A DNA stretch of 64,000 nt from the IMG/VR virus record IMGVR_UViG_3300020055_000005, positions 87,190-151,189 of that record. One strand, given 5' to 3'. The translations under genes and the position numbers were made by a program. This DNA comes from a virus. The notes below the pieces were generated by a model. The model saw only the letters and a program-made list of their open reading frames with translations. It was not told where the DNA came from and ran no database searches. Shown here one piece after another: positions 46,902 to 56,536 of the stretch; position 1 is the first letter of the stretch; each line of letters starts with the position of its first letter.

Positions 46902-47534
46902 TTATCTCTTATTACAAGTACCTTTTACTCTATCAAGAACTTGCATGTTATTATGGACAACCATTGAAGTTAAAAGTATTGGTGCATACAAGTCTTCGTT
47001 TGTAATAGTCACTGCTTCGTGAATTGCACTATAAGAAGGAATAAGAATTACACTCTTTAAAAATAACATTTCACCTAATGTTGGTATACGAGGCAAAAGT
47101 GGATTCAATTCATAAACACAATCATATTGCATACCTTTAGATGTTGACCAAACATCTGCAAGTTGTAATGCAACAAACACTGCCCATACCTCTATATCTG
47201 CTGGTTCTCTAAACTGTATATATGGTAACTTTTTCGGATTTTCCCTTAACAAGGATTCTATCGACTTCTGTAAATGCTGTTGATGGACATAATCTATAAG
47301 TTCTTTCCGATAACAACACTCGTACCCCATCATAATTTCTTGTTTGACCTTCGAGTCTAGCTCCCAAGTTGACGGCATCTCCAATGACGGAATAGTCAAA
47401 TCTAAGTTCTGACCCCATGTTTCCAACGATGCACTCACCTGTAGAGATGCCGATACCGACATCAATAGAAGGAAGACCTTCAACTTCAAGTTCCTTAATA
47501 AGTTCATCCGCCTTAACCGAAATTTCTTGGGCAC
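46902..47534 (-). CDS. Membrane protein, start uncertain (overlaps cyclase gene)
   Basis: LQLADVWST...ELNPLL...K...N hydrophobic domain in the non-overlapped part. Confidence 0.6.
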   Translation of the reverse strand: MPKKFRLRRMNLLRNLKLKVFLLLMSVSASLQVSASLETWGQNLDLTIPSLEMPSTWELDSKVKQEIMMGYECCYRKELIDYVHQQHLQKSIESLLRENPKKLPYIQFREPADIEVWAVFVALQLADVWSTSKGMQYDCVYELNPLLPRIPTLGEMLFLKSVILIPSYSAIHEAVTITNEDLYAPILLTSMVVHNNMQVLDRVKGTCNKR

Positions 47535-49050
47535 TTTTTACTGCCATCTCTGCGTGATCTTCACAGTCCAAGGGAGCATTCCAAAATGCCATGATACAAT
47601 CGCCCATGTATTTGTCGATGGTTCCTCCATTCGACAATATTATTTTTGTCATGGTATCAAGGTATTTATTAATTAACATAACTAACCCTTCAGGGTCATC
47701 ATTATTCTTATAGTGTTCTGATATTGGAGTGAACCCACAGATATCCATAAAGAGGAATGTCATTTCTTTTCTCTGACCACCTAACACTAGCATGTCAGGA
47801 TTATCCTGTAGTTGTTTGACCATCTCAGGAGATAAATACTTTTGGAACTGTTTTCTAATCTGTTCCTTGAGTTGAAATGTCACATAGTATTTGTTATATG
47901 ATGCATGTCCAAAAACAATCAAGGAGGCGATTGATGAGTAGAAAGTATCGAAAAGAACGAGACTTGAAGACCACAAATAGAAACCCCCACCCACCTGAAA
48001 TCCTACAACACCTAGACTCCCTAGAGCCGCAAAAGTTGTGGGAAGTTTGTAGACCATTACCAACACTAATATCAGAACTATCAGAAGAAGAACAACTTCT
48101 AGAAATTCAAGATAGTAGGATTGTTGTATTTGAGCTTCTTGCAAGACGGTTTGGAGGATTGAGGCTTGAACTTCGTGGGGATACATTGTACCCACTGGAG
48201 TTGAAACTGGATTATTCAGACCTTCCGCTGTCAGACCCCAAATCAGAATCTTATTCTGTACATCACTAGAAGGTAAATCTACTGCAGATATTCTTTCGAA
48301 ATCATGCCAATAGGAAATCATAATATCTCCTGTTGGTGTGGTTTCGATAGGAGGTTGTCTCCCCATTCTAATCCATTCTATACCGACTTCCTGTGTAACT
48401 CTTGTTTGATAATTGGGCTGATCATAAAATGCACGTAGTGTCTCTAACACTATAGATGGATATATCTGATCATTTGCAGTAACGATTAGTGGTGCAGAAC
48501 GAACTGTTCCGTCAAAGTTTGGTGTTCCTGCGAATGGTGGTGTTGCAGTTGTTACTCCTACACCATAAGTGTTATCCTGTAAGATAGGAAGTGGTGCAAC
48601 GATTCCTGTAAAGTTCCATACACTATCTTTGATATCTCCACCCCCAAATATAGAAGTGTTAACAAAAGGTGCAGAACCTTTTTGTATTTGTGCAGATGGA
48701 GCTGCAGATAGAATTGTCAACCGATTGATTAATCCTTCGGCGAACATCTCATCTTCGCTGGCGTCTCGGTCAGGTTTACTGAATAATTGTGTAAATACGT
48801 GAGTGTTAGTGTAATGAGTGTCTAAGAGGATATCCCTGTAGATACTACGTTTGATTGGATACTGTCCATACACTTCAAGTGTCTTTTCATCAATATCTAC
48901 TAAAACAATATTCTCCGTCGCCAGGCGTTCTTGAGTCTGATGTAAGAAGTCGAACCATGACCACTGGATATTTTCAACAACGTATGGTGACCAAACCTTC
49001 AGTCCGACCAATAGTGAAATGGTCACTAAGACTGTTTTCCAACTATACAT
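47209..49050 (-). CDS. CHASE2-domain class III adenylate cyclase
   Basis: IVLVDIDE and DGTVR (CHASE2), three TMs, FMDICGFT, DKYMGD, GDAVNLGARLE; Lys/Asp ATP-specifying residues. Confidence 0.93.
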   Translation of the reverse strand: MYSWKTVLVTISLLVGLKVWSPYVVENIQWSWFDFLHQTQERLATENIVLVDIDEKTLEVYGQYPIKRSIYRDILLDTHYTNTHVFTQLFSKPDRDASEDEMFAEGLINRLTILSAAPSAQIQKGSAPFVNTSIFGGGDIKDSVWNFTGIVAPLPILQDNTYGVGVTTATPPFAGTPNFDGTVRSAPLIVTANDQIYPSIVLETLRAFYDQPNYQTRVTQEVGIEWIRMGRQPPIETTPTGDIMISYWHDFERISAVDLPSSDVQNKILIWGLTAEGLNNPVSTPVGTMYPHEVQASILQTVLQEAQIQQSYYLEFLEVVLLLIVLILVLVMVYKLPTTFAALGSLGVVGFQVGGGFYLWSSSLVLFDTFYSSIASLIVFGHASYNKYYVTFQLKEQIRKQFQKYLSPEMVKQLQDNPDMLVLGGQRKEMTFLFMDICGFTPISEHYKNNDDPEGLVMLINKYLDTMTKIILSNGGTIDKYMGDCIMAFWNAPLDCEDHAEMAVKSAQEISVKADELIKELEVEGLPSIDVGIGISTGECIVGNMGSELRFDYSVIGDAVNLGARLEGQTRNYDGVRVLLSERTYRLCPSTAFTEVDRILVKGKSEKVTIYTV

Positions 49051-49307
49051 TATGAAAATTTCTTTTGAATATATTTAAAAATTGCGTAGATTGATAATCC
49101 GTAAAATGCAAGTACGGACATTGGTATACCGATATATGCAAGTTCCCATGGTGATAAAAATAAAATCTCCCATGCAAAGTTTGATGCAGCTTCCACATCA
49201 CCCATTGCTTCAGGCATTGCAATATCATTCTCTACAAATAGGTCTAAAATCTCATCGTATTCTTCTTCGGTGAGACATTCATAAAACTCAGGAGGACACT
49301 CTGTCAT
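49050..49307 (-). CDS. Small membrane protein
   Basis: C-terminal TM; coupled to cyclase start. Confidence 0.7.
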   Translation of the reverse strand: MTECPPEFYECLTEEEYDEILDLFVENDIAMPEAMGDVEAASNFAWEILFLSPWELAYIGIPMSVLAFYGLSIYAIFKYIQKKFS

Positions 49308-50138
49308 TTAGTTTCCCTGAGTTACATTTACAGTGCATCCACCTACGGTGTGACATGTTTGTGTTAATGAATATGTTTGATTAGTGTCACCTGTTTGAGT
49401 CAGAGTTAAATCCGTCCCATAGGTTCCACCTAGTGTTATGGTTGCAGTATGAGCTCCAGTCTTTTTCTGAACAACATGTACTTCATTGTTATCGTTATTG
49501 ATTGTTCCTGTGAGTGTCTTGTTTCCGTTCTGCAATTGTTTTGAGAAGACATCGTTGTAGTCACCATAAATGTTCCAAGTCATGGAATGAGTTATACTAC
49601 TTGAATCTTGTTTCTGACTTCCTTTAAAGTCATTGTAGTCACCATGAATATCTAATCTTACAAAGTTCCCACCAGGCTCTGTTCCATCATAATCCCAAGT
49701 AGGTGTAAGTGAGTTATTAAGTTCATACCCTTGACCAAAGACAACTTGATTGTAATTACCTTGAATGTGGAATTGGAAATCATTGTCATTACATGTTGCA
49801 AAGGAACATCTTTGTCTGATTTCTATATCGTTGTCTTGTCCGTCTAAGTCTCCACCCCAATTATAACCTGAACCCCATGCATCAGTATATCCAATGTACA
49901 TGTTGTTACCTTTTTGAGCTAACTTTATAGTGTTGTCTTGATGATCAAAAGAAAAGAGAACTGTATTTGCAAAACCTTGTTGTGTTACATCTAAATCTAA
50001 ATTATCACCACTATTAACTTGTCTGATATCTATTGAGTTATCGTCTGCGTGGACGACACCAATAAAAAGGATGAATGGCGCCCAAGGCGCCACCCAGTAC
50101 TTGTAAAATAAACGTTTTATTTTATTTAAAAAATCCAT
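49308..50138 (-). CDS. Secreted curlin-like beta-solenoid protein
   Basis: Signal ending VHA; repeated (Q/H/Y)-G-x-x-N units. Confidence 0.75.
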   Translation of the reverse strand: MDFLNKIKRLFYKYWVAPWAPFILFIGVVHADDNSIDIRQVNSGDNLDLDVTQQGFANTVLFSFDHQDNTIKLAQKGNNMYIGYTDAWGSGYNWGGDLDGQDNDIEIRQRCSFATCNDNDFQFHIQGNYNQVVFGQGYELNNSLTPTWDYDGTEPGGNFVRLDIHGDYNDFKGSQKQDSSSITHSMTWNIYGDYNDVFSKQLQNGNKTLTGTINNDNNEVHVVQKKTGAHTATITLGGTYGTDLTLTQTGDTNQTYSLTQTCHTVGGCTVNVTQGN

Positions 50139-50272
50139 GCTAATAATAATCCCAAAACTAGACCTTTTGTGAATGAAATCCACATTGCATGGTACTCTGT
50201 AATTCCAAGTGATTGAATCCACTTGTAACTCCAGTTCTCATGCCAGTCAAGAAGTTTTCTTAAATTATCCAT
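50126..50272 (-). CDS. Small membrane protein (48 aa)
   Basis: AGGAG SD; MDNLRKLLDWHE...WISFTKGLVLGLLLAWIF. Confidence 0.65.
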   Translation of the reverse strand: MDNLRKLLDWHENWSYKWIQSLGITEYHAMWISFTKGLVLGLLLAWIF

Positions 50273-50298
50273 ATAAGTCTCCTAAGTTCCTTTACTAT

Positions 50299-51444
50299 TT
50301 AGTTAGTTTGATTTATAAAAATCTCGATTGCTGGGTCTCCGTTACCGAATTCGATAACACCCTGATAGCCTTCGACATACGTATCTATAAATCCTGAATT
50401 CCCATTCTGTATGATTATCTCAATAACACCGTTTACATTACGATAAAAATATAAGTCTCCGTCTTGTACAAAGACATTGTATTGTGAATCTTTATTGAAT
50501 CCCATAACTGCACCTTTAAGTGTAACAGTTCCACCACCTGAGTCTGCCTGCACATCTTTCAGTGCGACTGTTGTTCTTGTTAACTCTTCTACTACATCTA
50601 ATAGGTCAGTAAGGAAATCAACATCTAATAAATCTATGTCTAATTCTGAAAACTCTAAATCTTCTTTAGTGTCTTCTAATGCATCTTGTTCTAATTCATT
50701 AAACTCAAGGAAATCTACATCTAGTATTCCTTGATCTTGGTCTTGGTCATCTGCAACTTGGTCTTCAATTGCTTGTTTGATTTCTGTAGGTGGATTGACG
50801 ATAAACATATTGTCAATCAATGCAGGTGTGATACCATTTATAACTACAGATGATGTTGGTGGACTATCCAAAGACGATACCATAGTTGCTTGATACGCCT
50901 CATTGAGTGTCACTTCTCCACCTAAGTTTGACACTACTATTTCACCTGATGCATCTCCGTTTGCATCTGGCAAAAGTATAACGAGTGACCTTCCGATCTC
51001 ATCAATACTCGTTGTAAAATCTGTTCCGTTGATTGCGATTTGTGCCGTAGGTGTTGACACATTGATATTTTTCTTTCTGATTTTTTGACCTGTACCTGAT
51101 GCAAATCGAGCTGTACCTTGCACCATTCTGATTGACATTTTGGATAGGTCAGGGTTTGGGTCATAATATGCTTCATCGATATAGACCCTAGTCTGTTCAG
51201 TCATATCAATAAACTCGTTATCCAGTAGAACTATTTTCATTCTACCATTACCAGTTCTTGCCTCATCATAGAGGATGACATCACTACCGACTGAATGTGG
51301 ATATGACTCTGTACCACGTAGGAGTTCACCCACTCCTGTTGATTCTACAATGTCACCAATGGGGTCATTTGCATGAACCCCACTGATAAACAACAAACTA
51401 AGAATCGTTAGCTGAGTCTTTCTGATTAATTTGAATGATCGCAT
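50299..51444 (-). CDS. Secreted FecR-domain protein
   Basis: D..RTG...M..GTARF..G...TPTAQIAINGTDF; start approximate. Confidence 0.85.
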   Translation of the reverse strand: MRSFKLIRKTQLTILSLLFISGVHANDPIGDIVESTGVGELLRGTESYPHSVGSDVILYDEARTGNGRMKIVLLDNEFIDMTEQTRVYIDEAYYDPNPDLSKMSIRMVQGTARFASGTGQKIRKKNINVSTPTAQIAINGTDFTTSIDEIGRSLVILLPDANGDASGEIVVSNLGGEVTLNEAYQATMVSSLDSPPTSSVVINGITPALIDNMFIVNPPTEIKQAIEDQVADDQDQDQGILDVDFLEFNELEQDALEDTKEDLEFSELDIDLLDVDFLTDLLDVVEELTRTTVALKDVQADSGGGTVTLKGAVMGFNKDSQYNVFVQDGDLYFYRNVNGVIEIIIQNGNSGFIDTYVEGYQGVIEFGNGDPAIEIFINQTN

Positions 51445-52138
51445 TGTCACTCGTAATGTCAAGTGTTAAGATTGATGTAGGTGATGAACAACCTGATGCA
51501 CCTGAAGGACAGGTACCTGTTAATTGGTTAATATCTACATCTGCACTATCCCCATCAAGTGTAAAAGTAAGTGATGAGTCACTTGCATCATTTTGTAAAG
51601 TATTAATATTGTTTGAGGAACCAGTGACATCAAAATTCCATGTCAGGTTGTCTGCCTCCCAATCAATATCAAAAACATTCGAACTACCGATCAATATTAG
51701 ATCGGCGTCTAAAGATTCTGCGCTAGTAACATAACCTTGGTCGATATCAAAAGTATTAGAACTTCCAGTTACGTCAAAATTAATGTTAGAGCTATCTGCA
51801 CTGCCGAGATAACCGATGTTCCAATCTATTGAGTTAGAATCTCCAGTGAAGTCCAACTTATAGTATGAACTATCTGCAACAACTGGCCCGAATAGGACGT
51901 TGTTGTTGCCTGTAAAATCTAAATCAAACTCTAATGTTGCACCTGTGATACTCATTGTACTTGATACTGAACCTGAGGAACCATTGTCCCCACCGATTTT
52001 GTTACCAAAACCAACTTGGTCAATATAAAGTTTCAAAGTGTCACCAGTTTGAGTGATCTTAATTTCGTTATCATCAGTGGCTTGTGCGAAAACGAATCCA
52101 GTCGACATTAATAAAATTAAACTAATTAGTTTCTTCAT
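51398..52138 (-). CDS. Secreted curlin-like beta-solenoid protein
   Basis: Signal peptide; repeated x-G-x-x-N units. Confidence 0.75.
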   Translation of the reverse strand: MKKLISLILLMSTGFVFAQATDDNEIKITQTGDTLKLYIDQVGFGNKIGGDNGSSGSVSSTMSITGATLEFDLDFTGNNNVLFGPVVADSSYYKLDFTGDSNSIDWNIGYLGSADSSNINFDVTGSSNTFDIDQGYVTSAESLDADLILIGSSNVFDIDWEADNLTWNFDVTGSSNNINTLQNDASDSSLTFTLDGDSADVDINQLTGTCPSGASGCSSPTSILTLDITSDNAIIQINQKDSANDS

Positions 52139-53033
52139 TTTCGTTATACCCTTTTATTTTCCAAAAACCCCTATGGTGTCCTTGGTAGATTAATTCCAAC
52201 ACTGCAGCCTCAATCGCTGTTCGTGTTGCGTAAGTCACTGATTCATTATTACCCACACCGTCTTCAATCTCTATAAGTTGGGTTCCTTGTTCGACGAATC
52301 TAAAAACATCGCCTCCTGAACCGTAACTCAAAAGAGTTTTCCGAGTTTGTACATTTAGTAAAACTTCTCCAGTGAGAACACTTACTGCTCTCATAGAAAT
52401 TGTGACAACATCTTGTCGATACTGTCTCGAATAACCAATGCCGAGGGTTCTTGCGCCTGTTCCCCCAGTTTTAATATTGGTATCATAGCCAATTATACCA
52501 CCCTCTATTATCATTCCTGCGAACAATAGAGGTTGAATTCCTTTAGGGTCATCCCCTGTTGCAGATGCATACTCCTGTCTTGCAGAACGTATGATCTGTC
52601 TCTCTCTTATTAATGCATCAATTCCATTTCTTTCTACAACACGAAACCATGTTCCGTCTCCTGCAGTTTTTAATGCATCGATAACCATCTCTACTCCACC
52701 TTGTGTTACGGCAGTTGAGAATGATGCAATGTTATCAACAGACTTTCTTTGTCCTGTTTTGTCTAAAAAATTATAGACAGTTACAATTGGTCTCTCTTCT
52801 GCAGGTGGTAGTTTTAAAAGTTCCAAGTAGGAAGGTAACCTAACTACCTGTGGACTTTCTACGCAAATGTATCTACGTGTAACCTGTTTTGCAACACCTG
52901 TAACTACGTCTTTACCAAACCCTTCATCGAACCTACCTGTTTCATAGGCACAGTCTGCTGGGTTATCAGACCACTTTGGGACTGATGCACATCCACTTAT
53001 AAGAAGTGTTAATGCAAGTAAATACTTAACCAT
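52122..53033 (-). CDS. csgG: Curli secretion pore lipoprotein CsgG
   Basis: Lipobox ISGC, VYNFLDKTGQRK, STAVTQG, ERQIIR, EGGIIGYD. Confidence 0.93.
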   Translation of the reverse strand: MVKYLLALTLLISGCASVPKWSDNPADCAYETGRFDEGFGKDVVTGVAKQVTRRYICVESPQVVRLPSYLELLKLPPAEERPIVTVYNFLDKTGQRKSVDNIASFSTAVTQGGVEMVIDALKTAGDGTWFRVVERNGIDALIRERQIIRSARQEYASATGDDPKGIQPLLFAGMIIEGGIIGYDTNIKTGGTGARTLGIGYSRQYRQDVVTISMRAVSVLTGEVLLNVQTRKTLLSYGSGGDVFRFVEQGTQLIEIEDGVGNNESVTYATRTAIEAAVLELIYQGHHRGFWKIKGYNENEETN

Positions 53034-53535
53034 CTCCACCACCAGTGTCAGGGTCTTGTCCAAAGTTTCCTGTTCCTACTGGTATCTCAATGACTGTTGT
53101 TGTTCCTTCGGTATCGATAATAGTCATTTTGATAACATCAGTTCCGTCTGCGTTAGTTATTACCTCCCATGTAATAACACTTCCTTCAAGCGTAAATGAC
53201 CCAAAGTTTGATGCAGTATCATTACTAAACATTGATTCAACTAACTGTTTAGATAGCTGTGCGTAAATTCTCGATTCTAAATTTCTGATAAATTTTGCAA
53301 GCGTGGTATTGTCCGCTTCTCTTTCTGCGGCCTTCCTTGCCGCCTCCAAGGCATCCTCTATTTGTTTCTTCCTTGAGAACTCTTGGTTCTCAATAGTCAA
53401 ATAATGGGCACCTGTACCGACCCCACTAAAGCTGGGGTTCTTAAATCCAAATTTAATTTCGTCTGCATAAACGTTTTGTGCATGTAAGAACAAAACGAAT
53501 ATAATTGCACTACTTACTAATACTTTTTTTAACAT
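53026..53535 (-). CDS. csgF: Curli assembly factor CsgF
   Basis: Signal peptide then FKNPSFSG, resembling the CsgF pore-binding N-terminus; adjacent to csgG. Confidence 0.8.
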   Translation of the reverse strand: MLKKVLVSSAIIFVLFLHAQNVYADEIKFGFKNPSFSGVGTGAHYLTIENQEFSRKKQIEDALEAARKAAEREADNTTLAKFIRNLESRIYAQLSKQLVESMFSNDTASNFGSFTLEGSVITWEVITNADGTDVIKMTIIDTEGTTTVIEIPVGTGNFGQDPDTGGGDG

Positions 53536-53812
53536 TCTTTTTCACCCCTTTCAATAGGGCGTCCTCTTCTATTTTCTCTTTCATTCTGTATTCTAAGACT
53601 ACGTTAACTTTTTGTTGAAGTCTAATCATGTCTTGATCTAACATCCTAGTTTGATCAATAACACGTATCAATGCAATGTGCATCTTTTCAATTTCAGGTT
53701 CTATTCTTTCAGAGATAAACTTCCAAATGAAGAAGATAAAATACCCCATACCAACACTCATGACAACAGGAAAACCGTAATCTTTAATTAGGTTTGCTAT
53801 ATCTAAATCCAT
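53510..53812 (-). CDS. Small membrane/coiled-coil protein
   Basis: DYGFP TM helix, RMLDQDMIRL. Confidence 0.7.
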   Translation of the reverse strand: MDLDIANLIKDYGFPVVMSVGMGYFIFFIWKFISERIEPEIEKMHIALIRVIDQTRMLDQDMIRLQQKVNVVLEYRMKEKIEEDALLKGVKKNVKKSISK

Positions 53813-53834
53813 TGTCCGTGTGTCCTATGCGCTA

Positions 53835-54128
53835 TTAGTCTCTCCTCACGTCGAGTTTACCGTCTTCTATGAAGTTTTCTGATCGTGAGATTCTATCGAT
53901 ATCAGGTCTCAATTCTAATGCAGATGAGACTAACATGTCTATCTTAATCATTTCGTTTGACATTGTTCTTGCTCGGTTCTCTAAACTTTCACAGAACATG
54001 GTAAGCGTTTTTATATCGTCTACTATACCTTCAAGGATTTGTTTGAGTACGATAAAAATGAAGACACCCATCACAATTGCCATTGCGATAGGAGTTCCCA
54101 CGTCAGTTATCAAGTCAAACATTTCCAT
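53835..54128 (-). CDS. Small membrane/coiled-coil protein, paralogue of neighbour
   Basis: DVGTP TM helix, RTMSNEMIKID. Confidence 0.7.
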   Translation of the reverse strand: MEMFDLITDVGTPIAMAIVMGVFIFIVLKQILEGIVDDIKTLTMFCESLENRARTMSNEMIKIDMLVSSALELRPDIDRISRSENFIEDGKLDVRRD

Positions 54129-54179
54129 ACGATTATTTATGGAAATAGACTGTTTGCCTGTCAATAAAATGACAGCTTA

Positions 54180-55046
54180 TCAGAAATTTGAAATGAGGTC
54201 TACGAACCTTTTTTCGGAGTTTGAGTTACCCACTTCTTCTGCAATAACAGGGAAGTCATACGGCCCAAAGTTCTCATAGGTGAGAGAGATTGTAGGTGCG
54301 GCTGCATTGATTGCCATATCTGCCCTATGTTGAGGGTCACCATATCTTACACCATCAACTTTAACCCAACAATTTGCATAGTAAGGAACTCTGTTTTTTG
54401 CGTAAGACATGATAGTTCCTTGGGTATCGTTTGGCATATACCCTGCACCAACAGTAAATGTAGGTGTCTCATCTCTAGTATGTGCAAGTCCTAATTGATG
54501 ACCTATCTCATGTGCAAAAATATATTCAGTTGAAGTGTCTTGGTCAGGGTCAATGGTTGCGATATCATTCTTAGAATAACATGCAGTCATCCCTGCAGTC
54601 ATACCTTCACCTTTCCATGGCCACCCTGCACCACAAACTTCCCAGTCCTGAGTGTTATCAAGCATGACATGAACCATATCTGCCTCATACTTATCAACCA
54701 ACCATGCCTTTTCATAGAATGGTGAGTACTGATGCCAGTCTTCTAAGTCATATGCGAGTTCGATATTACCCAACTCATCATAAGTGTTTTCAATATCTAC
54801 AGGTTCTACAAATGCAGCTTCCATGTGGATTTGGATTCCATTCAATGCGAAGATTTCATTTAGTTGACGAATGTAACCGAACACTCTACGACTATCCATT
54901 CTATCATCAACATATACACCCAGTCGAATTACGTTCATACCAGGCCTGTATACCATTTCGAAATCAGAGTAATTGGTTTCCATACCAATACAGTTTTCAT
55001 AATTGACTACATCACATTCGATGTAATCTGCTTCAATATAGTCCAT
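54180..55046 (-). CDS. Metzincin (M12B-like) zinc protease
   Basis: HEIGHQLGLAH and Met-turn TIMSY. Confidence 0.85.
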   Translation of the reverse strand: MDYIEADYIECDVVNYENCIGMETNYSDFEMVYRPGMNVIRLGVYVDDRMDSRRVFGYIRQLNEIFALNGIQIHMEAAFVEPVDIENTYDELGNIELAYDLEDWHQYSPFYEKAWLVDKYEADMVHVMLDNTQDWEVCGAGWPWKGEGMTAGMTACYSKNDIATIDPDQDTSTEYIFAHEIGHQLGLAHTRDETPTFTVGAGYMPNDTQGTIMSYAKNRVPYYANCWVKVDGVRYGDPQHRADMAINAAAPTISLTYENFGPYDFPVIAEEVGNSNSEKRFVDLISNF

Positions 55047-55062
55047 AACGACTCCATAATAT

Positions 55063-55084
55063 AAAGGGGGTCTTTCGACCCCTA
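55063..55084 (-). terminator. Intrinsic terminator
   Basis: GGGGTC-GAAA-GACCCC-CTTT. Confidence 0.6.
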
Positions 55085-55088
55085 TAGT

Positions 55089-55484
55089 TTAAGAAGGACA
55101 AACAGACCCATCTTCAGATGCATCAAAGGTCTCATCACCACAACCATAACTTCCATCATTGTTAGTATCACAATGACGAACCCATGTTTGCATAGCAAAG
55201 GTGAATCCCTCTGACCATGGTACGTATGCTTTACACCATTCATGACTACCTGCCGTCATACCATCAGTTGGTTGTGGCACGTAATCTCTTGAAGTGTGTT
55301 CTCTTCTTAATGTAAAATGAACGCTGCCATTACTATAGTTCTTTTGATTAAAAACTTTGGTAGTGGAAACATAAATTTTTTCACCTTCGGACAAGGTGTA
55401 GGTTGAACCATCATCATAATTGATAACCGTCTCTGATACTGCTACGAGGGGAAACAACATGATGAGTGCTAGTACTGCTCTCAT
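55089..55484 (-). CDS. Secreted Cys-containing protein with DxNxDG loop
   Basis: Signal peptide; CDTNNDG. Confidence 0.7.
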   Translation of the reverse strand: MRAVLALIMLFPLVAVSETVINYDDGSTYTLSEGEKIYVSTTKVFNQKNYSNGSVHFTLRREHTSRDYVPQPTDGMTAGSHEWCKAYVPWSEGFTFAMQTWVRHCDTNNDGSYGCGDETFDASEDGSVCPS

Positions 55485-55533
55485 AACATATTCCTCTTGT
55501 TGCGTAGGTCTTTCCCTACAGTCTTATATATGT

Positions 55534-55559
55534 AAAAAAGGGGACGGAGTGTCCCCTTT
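55534..55559 (-). terminator. Intrinsic terminator
   Basis: GGGGAC...GTCCCC-TTTTTT. Confidence 0.75.
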
Positions 55560-55580
55560 AGTGTTAAGTTTTGTTAGTAC

Positions 55581-55862
55581 TTATTTCAACTGACTGTGAA
55601 TTTCGTTGATTACAGCAGCCTTAGTACCTGACTTTTTAACTTTCAGGTTCTTCTTATCTGCAAATTCAATCAGTTGATTTTTTGTCAACTTCTTGAGCTC
55701 TGCTTTAGAAGTGATACCATTGTTATTTGCATCTGCATTAACAACTGGTTTAGTAGGTGCTGGAGTTGAAGGTGTAGAAGAGGACTTCTCCTTCTCTTCC
55801 TTCACAACGAAATATACGAGTCCGATCACAATAAGACCAATCACTACGTATGAAAATTCCAT
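55581..55862 (-). CDS. Membrane-anchored protein with EF-hand-like loop and SAP/Rho-N-like tail
   Basis: TM, DANNNGITSKAEL, LTKNQL...TKAAVI. Confidence 0.65.
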   Translation of the reverse strand: MEFSYVVIGLIVIGLVYFVVKEEKEKSSSTPSTPAPTKPVVNADANNNGITSKAELKKLTKNQLIEFADKKNLKVKKSGTKAAVINEIHSQLK

Positions 55863-55885
55863 AATATACTCCTAACGTTAGTTTA

Positions 55886-56092
55886 TTACTTATCCAATAA
55901 TGGATTTTTGTCCTTAGCTTTACCTATTGCTAGTGCTAAGACCTCTAAGTATTTATACACCTTTGCCCAGACCTTATCGTCCTGAGGTGTTGGTGTAAGT
56001 GATACTATAACTGAACAAATTGAGATTACCACTGGGATGATCATCAATAAGTTCCAAATACCCATAATAAAGTCTATAATTCCTGAGAACAT
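55886..56092 (-). CDS. Small holin-like membrane protein
   Basis: TM, TPTPQDD motif. Confidence 0.55.
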   Translation of the reverse strand: MFSGIIDFIMGIWNLLMIIPVVISICSVIVSLTPTPQDDKVWAKVYKYLEVLALAIGKAKDKNPLLDK

Positions 56093-56125
56093 AGGTTTAC
56101 CTCCAAATTATTTTTGCAAGTATAT

Positions 56126-56536
56126 TTAGGTATTTGAGTTACCAATTGAGTATTTAGTAGTGAGTTTCCACTGTGATTTTTCCTTGAAAGGTATCACTTT
56201 TATCTGAGATAAAGGTGCTTTCGGTTCCTCAATCAATGAGGGATTCACCACACTCAATAGGTTCCATTGTTTCAATAAATCTACTATAGTGTTACGTCTC
56301 GCAACATCTGATTCATCGAAGTTAGTTGGTTTCCCATCTAACTGAAACAATTCCTTAAAATGTACTATGTAATACTTACCTCTTTTGTGTAAAATATGAC
56401 ACGATTGAAATAATTCTTGTTCCTTTCTTGATGCAACACCTATTCGTGAAAGTGTCTCACGAATCTTTAAAAAATCGTCTTTATGTGGAAATGTGATTTC
56501 GACTAAGTCTTTTGTTATTTGATCTAATTCATCCAT
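56126..56536 (-). CDS. regA: Translational repressor RegA
   Basis: DFLKIRETLSRIGVAS, QSCHILHKRG, HFKELF. Confidence 0.97.
   Translation of the reverse strand: MDELDQITKDLVEITFPHKDDFLKIRETLSRIGVASRKEQELFQSCHILHKRGKYYIVHFKELFQLDGKPTNFDESDVARRNTIVDLLKQWNLLSVVNPSLIEEPKAPLSQIKVIPFKEKSQWKLTTKYSIGNSNT

Noticed and set aside
47243-47249. G_GGA_AAA slippery site at the cyclase end as a route to fusion
   Set aside because: The downstream gene is in the +1 frame, and the -1 frame soon stops
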